Shown here piece by piece: positions 1 through 9,234 of a stretch of 64,000 bases of DNA (positions within the stretch are counted from its first letter, which is position 1; every line of letters starts with the position of its first letter). The DNA is from Epithemia pelagica (Eukaryota > Protista > Bacillariophyta), in NCBI GenBank assembly GCA_946965045.2, contig OX337238.1, positions 1,240,001 through 1,304,000 of the forward strand. The letters are read 5' to 3'. Under the pieces are notes generated by a model. That model ran no database searches and was not told where the DNA came from. It saw only the letters and a program-made list of their open reading frames with translations. The position numbers and the translations under genes were made by a program.

Positions 1-625
1 TGGATGCTGATAACCCTCCTCCAGAGTATTATTGCGCGAGTTGGAAGCCACGAACCGGGGCCAACCGAACAACCAGTCCTATAAACCATGCGACGGTGAA
101 CGGACCACCATGGACGGAAACAAGCACCACACAATACAAGAAACCATCTAGTCCTATTATCCATTCGACATTTAAAGAATCACCACTGACGGAAACTATC
201 CCCATTCTAAACAAGAAACCAAAGAAACGGTACCAGATCATGGCGGAATCTTTGATACGGACAAGGCACCACAAGGTACAATGTGAAAAAAGGCCAACTA
301 CAAATCATACACAAAATCATAAAGAGTCACCAACACGCCCCAAACCCAAAAAACGCTATCAAGTCTTTCTCGAACGCAGACAGAGAAAGCAAGATACTGG
401 ACCAAATGAGGGACGTGTCGGTGCTGTTTGTCGTCGCATTTCGTCGCGGTGACCAACAACAACAAAGGGATGCAGTGGGGGAGGAGCCAGCGTTGGCGGA
501 GGAGATTGGGTGGGAGTGCCGCACGCTCAGAGCAACCCGCAAGACAAACAACGACCCGTGGTTGGTCCTTGTTTGTGGTGGTGATGATGGTCGCCCTTCT
601 TTGGAATACTTGCGCGCTGGATTTA

Positions 626-2401
626 TTACAATTCGGGTCCCAAACTCAGGGCTCCCAAACTGCGCAAATATTGTACAATGGGATGATCTCGACCATGCCA
701 CTTTTCCGCAATCCGAAGAGGGGTTTCTCCGTATCCACCATGGGTCCGACTATTGATACTGGCCCCCCGTTGAATCAACAATTCGACAATGTCCTTGTTC
801 CCACTCACCACACCTTGATGCAAGACTTGCCATCCATTTTCGTCTCGTTCCGTCAAGAGCGTTTGCCTAGGGTTGTCAGCCTCCTCCTCCTGGGAATCCT
901 CGTCGGAATCACGTGGACGCCGCCGACGACGACGTTTGGTTTCTTCCTCTTCTTCCAAGGCTTGCGCCAATTGCGCCAAATTGCCCGTCTTGGCCGCGAC
1001 ATGGGCGGTATTGGGCAATACCTTGTCGGGCGGGGTCCACCCTTCAGGATTTTCCGCCTTCCAATGGGCTTCTTCGGGCGATTCTCGTTGAATGTAGGGG
1101 GGCAAGGCCGTGCCATGTTCGGGTCCCGCCACACCCTTGGCAATGGTGGCGCGATACAGTTCCTCCACAGAAGTGGTAGCAGTACCAGTACCACTTTGTC
1201 GATGATAAATGCCCGACTGTTCATCTTGATGCAGGGCCGTCCCCGTGGGTTCAAAATGAATAAAAATCAAGGCCACAAAATCACCCTTGAGAGGAAAGGG
1301 ATGACCTGCGCGTGTTTCCAGAACAAGAAGAAGAACAACAACAAGAAGCACAACAACAAGAGGCAACACAAGAAAGAACAAACCAAACGCCGTTCGAGCA
1401 ATGAAACAGAATTCATTGAGTCATGACTCGACCCCCCACAAATTTGTTGGGCAAAACACACACTACTACGTACCATGAATGACGGAATGACTTTCAAAGA
1501 GAAACATATCTCCCGGTTCCAAGGTAATATTATGGGCCTGGCCGTCGTGATTGTAGACTTCGAGCGGCCAGGGTTCGTCGACTTGTTGGGCGACGGGGAT
1601 CATGGCACTGGCCACCAGGGGCAAGCGATCCACGTGCGGCAACATGATACTGCCTTCCCCATAGACGCGAATGCCATAGAGGGAACAGGGTTGCAATTCT
1701 TGGGCCGTCCATTCTTCCAACAGGGCCGCCGAGGCCTCCCAAATTTGCCGCTTGAGTTCTGGTCCCGATCCGCGCAAGCCTTGATCATCGACCGAAATCA
1801 AATACGTCGGTGCCTCCCAATAATTGACATAGGTATTGCCTTCCGGCCACTGTTCTTCTTGTCCCTTGTAATGATTTTGTTGCCAAAATTTGCGAATCAC
1901 TTGCGTCAAGGAGGGTGGGGCTTGAATCTTGGCAAAGCCCTGTTGCGTGAAATTGACCATGCTGGCTGGTTGTCGCAAATTCATCATCATGCGACTATAC
2001 TCGTGTTGATCGCAGGAATCGGCCTCGTCGGGAAAGGCTTGACGACAGGCTTCCAAATGCTGTCGATACAAGGCTTGACGATTGCCCAAGGGTTGCAACG
2101 GCATGTCCTGATATTGCACAGGAATGCTACTGCTACTACTAGAATGATGCGGCAACCAGGGATAATTGGTCGAGACGGAATGAAAAATGGGAAAGGACAC
2201 ATCCACGCCATAGGACGACTGTTGTTCTTGTTCTTGTTGTTGTTGATTGGAAGGAGAATCATCGACCGTGGCACAGACGGAACCAAATGACGACAACAAC
2301 AGGATAAAGAGTGGAACAGTCCACCACAGGGCAAGCCCCAACTGCTTCGGCTGACATGGTTGAACAGGGCGTTCTTGCTGTGATTGCCTTGTCGTCGTCA
2401 T
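626..2401 (-). CDS. Secreted or membrane-anchored 2OG-Fe(II) oxygenase (prolyl-4-hydroxylase-like) with C-terminal ankyrin repeats; exons 1474-2401 and 626-1305
   Basis: N-terminal hydrophobic segment (LWWTVPLFILLLSSFG). HxD in MLPHVDRLP and distal His in SHSVIHG. A GTACGT..CAG intron at 1306-1473 joins the two ORFs in frame (IHG/HPFPLKG). Ankyrin motifs AHVAAKTG, GWQVLHQGV..G, GETPLRIA. Confidence 0.85.
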
Positions 2402-2952
2402 GATGATGAGAATGGTGGTAATCGTAGCAGTGGTAGTAGTTGTTGTCGTCGTCTCTCTTTGTGGTTTTTCTATATAGGGGTCAATGGATTCGTAGTATTC
2501 GAGATCTTATTGTTTGGTTGTGGGGAGGATGACAACAATATAACGAGAACAACCTCTCACAATCACAACAACAAGAAATCCATACTTCGCGTTTTGGCAA
2601 TATATGGTGTATGGGAACAAGACCCCGATCGCGATCGGTGTGAGTTCTCGTGGTGGAAATGCGTTCCGTTCGTTGGAAGCAGATCAATGAGGCCGTTTGA
2701 TATAAAAAAAATGATAATCGCGTGTTCAATAAGCGTGCCCTATCGTCCGATGAGTCCCGGATGGAGATCCAGATCTGCGCTCGCGCGCACGCGAACATCA
2801 ATCGTCGTCATGCCGTCGTCCGTTCGTATGTCGCAGAAGAGAAACAAGATCTGGTTGCCTGTTTTGGAGTTGTTCGGTGGACACACAAGAGGATCGGAGA
2901 TCGGAGAAGTAAGTCGTGTTTCGTGTTGTGTGATCTCCACGTAATTTACCAT

Positions 2953-3951
2953 ATGCAATCCTTTGCCTTGAATTCGGGCCATTCGATTCCAGCCTTGGGC
3001 TTTGGAACGTGGAAGGTTCCGGCCGATCAAGTGGGTGGTTTGGTCCAACAAGCCTTGGCGGCTGGATACCGTCATGTGGATTGTGCCGCCGCCTATGCCA
3101 ATGAAGCCGAGGTCGGTCAAGCCTTGGTCGATTGCTTTCGGGAGGGTACCGTGAAACGCCAAGACGTCTTTGTCACGTCCAAATTGTGGAATTCCAAACA
3201 TGCTCCCCAAGACGTTCGACCAGCCTTGTTGCAAACCTTGTCGGATTTGCAAGTGGACTATTTGGATTTGTACTTGATTCATTGGCCCGTGGCCTTGAAG
3301 GATGGTCATGGCTTTCCCGTCACGTTGGACGATTTGATTTCCCTCGACGATTGTCCCATTGCCGAAACCTGGGCCGAATTGGAACAAGCCGTGGACGATG
3401 GCTTGGTCAAGAGCATTGGAGTGTCCAATTTTTCACCGTACAAATTACACAAGCTCTTGCAAACCTGTCGCATTCCACCGGCCGTCAATCAAGTGGAATG
3501 CCATCCCTATTTGCAATTGGCCGACTTGCATCGGTATTGTCAAGCCCACAACATTCATGTCACGGGATACAGTCCGTTGGGATCGCCCGATCGACCCGAC
3601 GTGGTGAGTAAGGAGGCCCATGAACCACTCTTGTTGCAGGATGAAACGATTGCCGCCATTGCCACCAAACATGGCGTGTCACCGGCTCAAGTCTTGTTGC
3701 ATTGGGGTGTCGTGTGTGGTCCCCATTCCGTCTTGTGCAAATCGTCCAGTCGAACCCGGTTGGAGCAAAATGTCGCCAGTCTGTCCGCGCTTGTCCTCAA
3801 TGACGACGACAAGGCCCAATTACAAGCCTTGGATCGACATCGACGATACATTACCGGAGCCTTTTGGATTGTCGAGAACGGTCCCTATACCATGGAAAAT
3901 TTGTGGGATGAAGGCACCACCGTGGATAATCTCTTGGCGGAGAAGAAATGA
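2953..3951 (+). CDS. Aldo-keto reductase (AKR1-like NADPH-dependent aldehyde reductase)
   Basis: IPALGFGTW, catalytic tetrad D (HVDCA), Y (AAYANE), K (TSKLW), H (LIHWP), SIGVSNF, NQVECHP. ATG at 2953 preferred over the longer ORF-track start. Confidence 0.93.
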   Translation: MQSFALNSGHSIPALGFGTWKVPADQVGGLVQQALAAGYRHVDCAAAYANEAEVGQALVDCFREGTVKRQDVFVTSKLWNSKHAPQDVRPALLQTLSDLQVDYLDLYLIHWPVALKDGHGFPVTLDDLISLDDCPIAETWAELEQAVDDGLVKSIGVSNFSPYKLHKLLQTCRIPPAVNQVECHPYLQLADLHRYCQAHNIHVTGYSPLGSPDRPDVVSKEAHEPLLLQDETIAAIATKHGVSPAQVLLHWGVVCGPHSVLCKSSSRTRLEQNVASLSALVLNDDDKAQLQALDRHRRYITGAFWIVENGPYTMENLWDEGTTVDNLLAEKK

Positions 3952-4230
3952 AAACGAAACATCCTAGTAGGAGAGTGAAATCCATATAGATGGTTGATGC
4001 AGCAATATCGATTGATACAACTAGCTAGCTACAAAGGACTGTGAACTGCCGAAACAAAGCATCATGGCATGTTTCGCAGCGTGAATGGTTTCATCCCAAC
4101 CACCAAATCGGTCCAGTGGTTCCCACGTCCATTTCCGAAACAACACTGTTCATCTCGCGATCTCTCTCTCTCTCTCTTCTCTGCAAACCAAATCAAGACG
4201 AGTTCTGTGAATTGTTTTGTTGGTTAGCCT

Positions 4231-4292
4231 TCTCTCTCGTAGAAACTTTGTCTCTCTCGTAGAAACTTTGTCTCTCTCTCTCTCTCTCTCTC
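4231..4292. repeat. 20-bp tandem duplication (TCTCTCTCGTAGAAACTTTG x2) followed by a (TC)n microsatellite; also present in the second copy near 14748-14800
   Basis: Read directly from the sequence. Confidence 0.9.
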
Positions 4293-4363
4293 GGCATGGT
4301 AGTCTCATGGCGCCAGTGTCGTAAGCGCGTATTTCCGGGGTGTTTGTGGTGTCCGAACCAAGG

Positions 4364-5346
4364 ATGGAACCATGCAGACGACAACCATTGGGGCATTCCC
4401 ATGGACACAACCGTAACATCGCAACGCAGTCGGAACCAAATGAGTTGACACGCTTCCCCATTTTGCGTGATCGAAGGGTAAGTATGCTGAGAAATATGCG
4501 CATACATTTTGTTTAGCAATTTTGTTCTCTAACGCATTCCACAAACAGAACCTGCTACGTCGTTGCGTTTCTCCGACGCAAATGATGGTGGCAAACTGGG
4601 TCAAGATTGAACTTGCGTATATTAACACCTCTCACCCAGACTTTATTGGAGGATCACAAGCTGTTGCTTCTTTGATGGCGAAGATTGGAAAAGAGAATGA
4701 CCGCAAGTGTGCGGCCGGTATTGCCGGTGTTGTCGGAGTGCCCGATAACGCACCGGCCCCTCTTTCGGACGCATCCGTGAACAACTACGAATATGAAGGT
4801 GAAGATGAGAACGTCTCGGTGTATGAGAAGCGATCAGCAAAGAGTGGAGGTATCATGGGCATGCTTTTTCAAAAGGAAGGCAAGCCGGGCAACAACGGAA
4901 AGAATGGTGGTCCCGTAGGAGGTCCTCCTTCTACGGTAGGTTCGGCCCGAAAGACCCAAAAAGGACGGGCCTCCTTAGAACCACCCAGTATGGTTGAGCT
5001 TCCACAGGTTCCAGATTGTATGAACCAGGCTGATATTCCAGTCACAGAGAAGGAAACGATTGAAATGGAAATCATCAAAACCTTGGTGGGTTCGTATTTT
5101 GACATTGTGCGCAAGAATTTTACTGACATGGTCCCAAAGACTTTCATGTATTTCCTGGTCAACCATGTGCGTGATTCGCTGCAGAATGAACTCGTATCCG
5201 AGCTATACCGTGAAGCCGAAGTTGGCACACTTTTGCAAGAGGCCGAAGATATCGCAGCTCGCCGTCAGAGTTGCATGGAGATGAAGGATTTGCTCGGTAA
5301 GGTAATGGAAATTGTCAACGAAGTGCGAGACTATACAACACAATGA
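4364..5346 (+). pseudogene. 5'-truncated dynamin-related protein (DRP1/Vps1-like) fragment: end of middle/stalk domain plus GED, no GTPase domain; copy 1 (exons 4364-4477, 4549-5346)
   Basis: Homology begins abruptly at IATQSEPNELTRFP (~4417). KIELAYINTSHPDF and IIKTLVGSYFDIVRKNFTDMVPK..YFLVN..LQNELVSELY are dynamin stalk/GED motifs. GTAAGT..ACAG intron at 4478-4548. No room for a GTPase domain upstream, where the AKR gene lies. Confidence 0.85.
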
Positions 5347-5598
5347 AATAGGCAGTCTCCGGTGAGTTGGGAACGGCTCTACTTGGGAGTAACAGTATTG
5401 TCAAAAAGTGGGCGCACGTTGTTTCTATGACCAAAGCAAGGAGTAAATCTCAAAAACTGGAGTCTCTTTGTGTTTACTTGGAAAAATGCATGTCATGGAA
5501 AATCAGTGTCTAGATTTGTTGGATATTCTGTCGCCAAGTATCCAAACAATTTCATATGTATCAAACGAGTAATTTCCCTTCCACTTGCAAAATATCGC

Positions 5599-6165
5599 CT
5601 AGAGACGAATGCCGATGAATTTCTTGAAGCAATCACGGCGCGTCTCCACTGTGCCTCCGGACGCCTGGCCGTAGAAACCCAGCGCGGCAGTCAACGCAGG
5701 CCCATTCATGGTGTTCAAAGCTTGAAGAGTGGCAGGAAACAGGGGAAATGGGTTCCCAGTGCCATCATTCAACGGAGTAAGCATATCATTTTGATGGACA
5801 GCCACGGCGTTGCTTTGACGTGCATTGATATTCACGAGTTGTGCATCGATATTCGCGAGGCGTGCATTGATAGGAGCCAAGCCAGCAGCCAAGCCAGCAG
5901 CCAAAGCAGGACCAAACCAAGCAGGGGCTCCTCCCCCCGCCACAACGCCTGTGGCAGCAGCAGTGCAACGTGCTTGGAACGCTTCGTGATCCCCGTACTC
6001 TGCTTCCGTGATGGAACCATTTTGAAATAGGCCCTCCGCTATTTTCTCGCGCTTTGCAGACCGAGTGATGCGGACATTGGCAGGCCTAGCTGCGCCAACG
6101 TCGACAATTAAATCGAGAGCCGCTTGAGCATTCGGGTTTGCAACTACAGGTGGATTGAACGCCAT
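5599..6165 (-). CDS. Small protein with Gly/Ala linker, heptad coiled coil and Mug135-like C-terminal domain (188 aa)
   Basis: The C-terminus NIDAQLVNINARQSN..LTPLNDGTGNPFPLFPATLQALNTMNGPALTAALGFYG..VETRRDCFKKFIGI resembles the Mug135_C pattern as I recall it. Contains 12-bp (LAAG) and 21-bp (heptad) internal repeats. ATG at 6165; the longer ORF-track start runs into the transposon end. Confidence 0.65.
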   Translation of the reverse strand: MAFNPPVVANPNAQAALDLIVDVGAARPANVRITRSAKREKIAEGLFQNGSITEAEYGDHEAFQARCTAAATGVVAGGGAPAWFGPALAAGLAAGLAPINARLANIDAQLVNINARQSNAVAVHQNDMLTPLNDGTGNPFPLFPATLQALNTMNGPALTAALGFYGQASGGTVETRRDCFKKFIGIRL

Positions 6166-6220
6166 GGTATGGTAATGACAAAATGACAGCGAGTTCACGA
6201 AAAACTTTTCGGGCGGATGC

Positions 6221-6292
6221 TTGTCTGTCGTGCGTACGTCGTGACGCGGCAGGAGTTCGGGAGCAGATGTTCGGACATCAGATGGACGAGCA
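6221..6292 (+). repeat. Terminal repeat A1 (portion shared with A2)
   Basis: TTGTCTGTCGTGCGTACGTCGTGAC[GCGGCAGGAG]TTCGGGAGCAGATGTTCGGACATCAGATGGACGAGCA recurs at 13840-13901 without the bracketed 10 bp. Confidence 0.9.
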
Positions 6293-6474
6293 CGCGCGGA
6301 GCGCGCACACGGCCACGGCCAGCGCGCAACTGTGGATGGAGCTGGGAAGCAGAACATCGGCATCAGAGTCGAGCTCACAATCTTGGGATAGTGAGTAGAG
6401 ACTTCGAAATCTGCCATCTCAAGTGGAGGACATCAAACTAGATAGTTCTAAGGATTCAAAAACTGTTTGCTACG

Positions 6475-9222
6475 ATGACTGTTTCGACTAATCCTTTCTT
6501 TGAGGACGACGACTTCTTCTTCCCGCCTCCGGACCCGCCTCAACAGGATCCTTTGATGGGTTTGAAAGGTCCTCCCCCTTCCAACGGGACTGCTTCTGAC
6601 ATTCCTGTTGTCTCCCAACTTTCCCATGGAAATGATACCCATGCTGGTGTTTCGGAAACCGAAGTGGTCGACCTCTGCTCGGTAGATGGTGACGGTTCCC
6701 GTGGCAACGATGGTTCGAATATCCATGCGTCGTCTGGTACTCGTGCAGGCGTTGGAACACGTTCTGTCCATGGTGGCGGTACTACTCCCAAGGAATCGAC
6801 CCCTCTCCCCTTCAAGCGTTCGGACATGTTCAAAGGTGTCTTCCCAATCTCGTCTTCGGAGAAGGCTCGACTTTTGTCATGCCGCCCGGTTGATTGGTCT
6901 GATTCTTCTTGTTCGGATCTCCATCTTTCGATCGACAGTGACCTCAAGATTTGGAAGGATGTGTTTACGAGTTTCGGGAATGTGACATCACTCCAAGACC
7001 TTCAACGCTTTCTATCCTGTGACTTGAATGGCTCCCCATTCGCATTCCTGGGTACTGACCATGACAAGAAATTGTGCCTGATCCATAACTTCTTGTTAGC
7101 TCCCGACTCTGGTTCGATTGTCAATCCCTCCCCTTCCTTTATCTGCCTCACGCAAGCAGGCTTTGACAGTCCCCAAGTCTCTTTGGTATCCAATGAACTA
7201 CGCTCCGTTTTGATTAGCACGGAGTATTCAGGTATCCCGTCTTTGTCCATGATCTTTGAAGAATGTGTGTCCAATTTGCATGCTGTTGCTTCTTCGGCTC
7301 CCATTCAAGGCTCTTCCCGACCCTCAGACTCATTCCCAAACTTCCAGTTTGACGGTGACAAGTTTGAAAATCTTTCCCTCCCAGAAGAAACGAACGACGA
7401 CACTGAAGAGACCAAGGCTGATAGTGATGATAATGTACCAGTTGAAGATCCGAATACCTTCGAGTACATGGGAATCTTCCCTCTTCATCCCTCAATCGCT
7501 GGTGAATTGTTGAAACTCTTTTCTAAGGTTGGCTATGACTCTCCTCAGTGTTCCCCCAAGGCTGTGGCGGTGTTCTTATTTCGTTTCCTTGTCCGGCGCT
7601 GGGCACGTTCGATTGGTCGGGACCGCTTTTTGAAGAGTAAGAGTGTGGACATTTCTCATCCAGTCTTTGCTGGAGTCCTTCCTCTATTCCGCTTCCTGTG
7701 GATTGTACAGAAGAAACCGAGAAATGTTGACCCTTTGGTTATGGATGTCCCGTCTAAATTTGACGTTGCCTCGAAGTTGTTTCACCGTCACAAGGCAAAA
7801 GCATTCCCTGACCAGAATTCACCGTTTCGTCTTGGAGTTAGTGACCGACGTCCTCGAGATTTTCCTCCTACCCCAAGTACGAATCCATTGCCTCCACCCT
7901 CAGGGATTCCTCCTTCGTCTTTTGGAGGTATCTCTCCTGAAGCAGTGTTCATGACAGAAAGGTTGTCCGATCGATTGTCCGAAGCCTTTCTCAAGCACTC
8001 CACGCGACTCTCCAAGGACAAAGAGGACGAGAAGAAAGAAGTTTTCAAGAATGCAATTCATTTGAAGAACGGAATTGTGTTTGGCCAAGTGAATCCTGAC
8101 AGTACGGAACTTCCTTCAGTTCCTACTGATTTGGCGCTGGAAATCTTCCGACAGAAGAGTACTCACACTCTCCACTCGCTCATTCACGCTCGTGTGTTGC
8201 GGAAGTCTCAGAATGCATGCTACATCCTGTTTAGCCAGTGTGGTGTTTTGCAGAAATATGGTCTTCGTTGGAAAGGAGATGACCATCCAAGTGGTTTTTC
8301 GCCTTTCTCTTTTGATCCGTACTACAACAGTGGCCCAGACTCTCACCTGTCTTTGGATAGCGACATTCACCAACACATTTTCGAATGCTCCCTTCGCCAA
8401 GACAATGGCCTCTCAACGAAAGATATGCGCGATATCTTTACCAACGAAAAGCTCTTTTGTCCCTTAACGTGCAACGAGTATCTCCTTCAGCTTCGCTCGT
8501 ATTACTTGTTTGCGGTTGCGGTTTGGGGGAGCTCTGCTTTTGTCCCCGGACAAATCCACAAGATGATTGAACACCATGTCTCGAACCGTCGGATGTACCG
8601 TAACAGTCAGAACTACGACAATAAGTTCCTGACTCAAGTTTTGTTTTCCATCGACAACTCAGTCCAGCGGTTTATCGAAGATGTTCTCGAACCGGCAGAG
8701 TGCTTGGAGGATATCACTTTTGACGCCTTAGAGTACCGTATCAACCAACTCTGTTTCAAGATTACCGCTCGCGAATCAGTTTGTCGTATGCTCCCGAAGT
8801 TCTTCTTGACGGCTTTGAATGCCAAGAGTAATAAGGTCACTCCGAATGCCTCTTCTTCAAGTTCGGACCATTCTTCTTCAAAGAAGAATAGTGATTCCAA
8901 GAAGCGTGCTGCTGATTCGTCCAACGATAATTCTGGGAACGCCCAGAAGAAAGCAAAATTTGATTCTCCTAAAGAGTGGTGTCTACCCGCTCGCATGAAG
9001 TATTCGAAGGTTTTCGTTCGCTCTGTCTTGGAAAAAATGCCGACGATGGAAATCAATGGGGAGGAGAAAGCGTTCTGTAACAAACTTCTGGCTTTGAAAG
9101 TTTGCAAGCAAGGCGATGATTGCTATTTTTGCCATGCTGACCCTCGAGAACATGGGAAAGGTGATGAAGTCTCTGCCTTCTACAAAAAGGTGTATGCCGA
9201 TGCCAAGAAAAATCAATCTTGA
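6475..9222 (+). CDS. gag: Gag-like ORF1 (915 aa) with C-terminal C-x8-C-x5-C-x3-H zinc finger
   Basis: Long open frame directly after A1; FCNKLLALKVCKQGDDCYFCH matches CCCH spacing; position upstream of RT. Confidence 0.8.
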   Translation: MTVSTNPFFEDDDFFFPPPDPPQQDPLMGLKGPPPSNGTASDIPVVSQLSHGNDTHAGVSETEVVDLCSVDGDGSRGNDGSNIHASSGTRAGVGTRSVHGGGTTPKESTPLPFKRSDMFKGVFPISSSEKARLLSCRPVDWSDSSCSDLHLSIDSDLKIWKDVFTSFGNVTSLQDLQRFLSCDLNGSPFAFLGTDHDKKLCLIHNFLLAPDSGSIVNPSPSFICLTQAGFDSPQVSLVSNELRSVLISTEYSGIPSLSMIFEECVSNLHAVASSAPIQGSSRPSDSFPNFQFDGDKFENLSLPEETNDDTEETKADSDDNVPVEDPNTFEYMGIFPLHPSIAGELLKLFSKVGYDSPQCSPKAVAVFLFRFLVRRWARSIGRDRFLKSKSVDISHPVFAGVLPLFRFLWIVQKKPRNVDPLVMDVPSKFDVASKLFHRHKAKAFPDQNSPFRLGVSDRRPRDFPPTPSTNPLPPPSGIPPSSFGGISPEAVFMTERLSDRLSEAFLKHSTRLSKDKEDEKKEVFKNAIHLKNGIVFGQVNPDSTELPSVPTDLALEIFRQKSTHTLHSLIHARVLRKSQNACYILFSQCGVLQKYGLRWKGDDHPSGFSPFSFDPYYNSGPDSHLSLDSDIHQHIFECSLRQDNGLSTKDMRDIFTNEKLFCPLTCNEYLLQLRSYYLFAVAVWGSSAFVPGQIHKMIEHHVSNRRMYRNSQNYDNKFLTQVLFSIDNSVQRFIEDVLEPAECLEDITFDALEYRINQLCFKITARESVCRMLPKFFLTALNAKSNKVTPNASSSSSDHSSSKKNSDSKKRAADSSNDNSGNAQKKAKFDSPKEWCLPARMKYSKVFVRSVLEKMPTMEINGEEKAFCNKLLALKVCKQGDDCYFCHADPREHGKGDEVSAFYKKVYADAKKNQS

Positions 9223-9234
9223 CGGTGTCTCGGG

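Noticed and set aside
428-2290. Long plus-strand ORFs 428-1426 and 1475-2290
   Set aside because: Antisense shadows of the minus-strand oxygenase-ankyrin gene. The same applies to the long antisense ORFs over the kinase, XPK, GNAT and other genes; they have no motifs of their own.
2402-2952. Bidirectional promoter between the oxygenase and AKR
   Set aside because: Plausible from the head-to-head layout, but no specific element can be supported from sequence alone.
6166-6417. N-terminal extension of the Mug135-like ORF (5599-6417 and 18879 onward)
   Set aside because: It runs through the retroelement's terminal repeat; a chance open frame.
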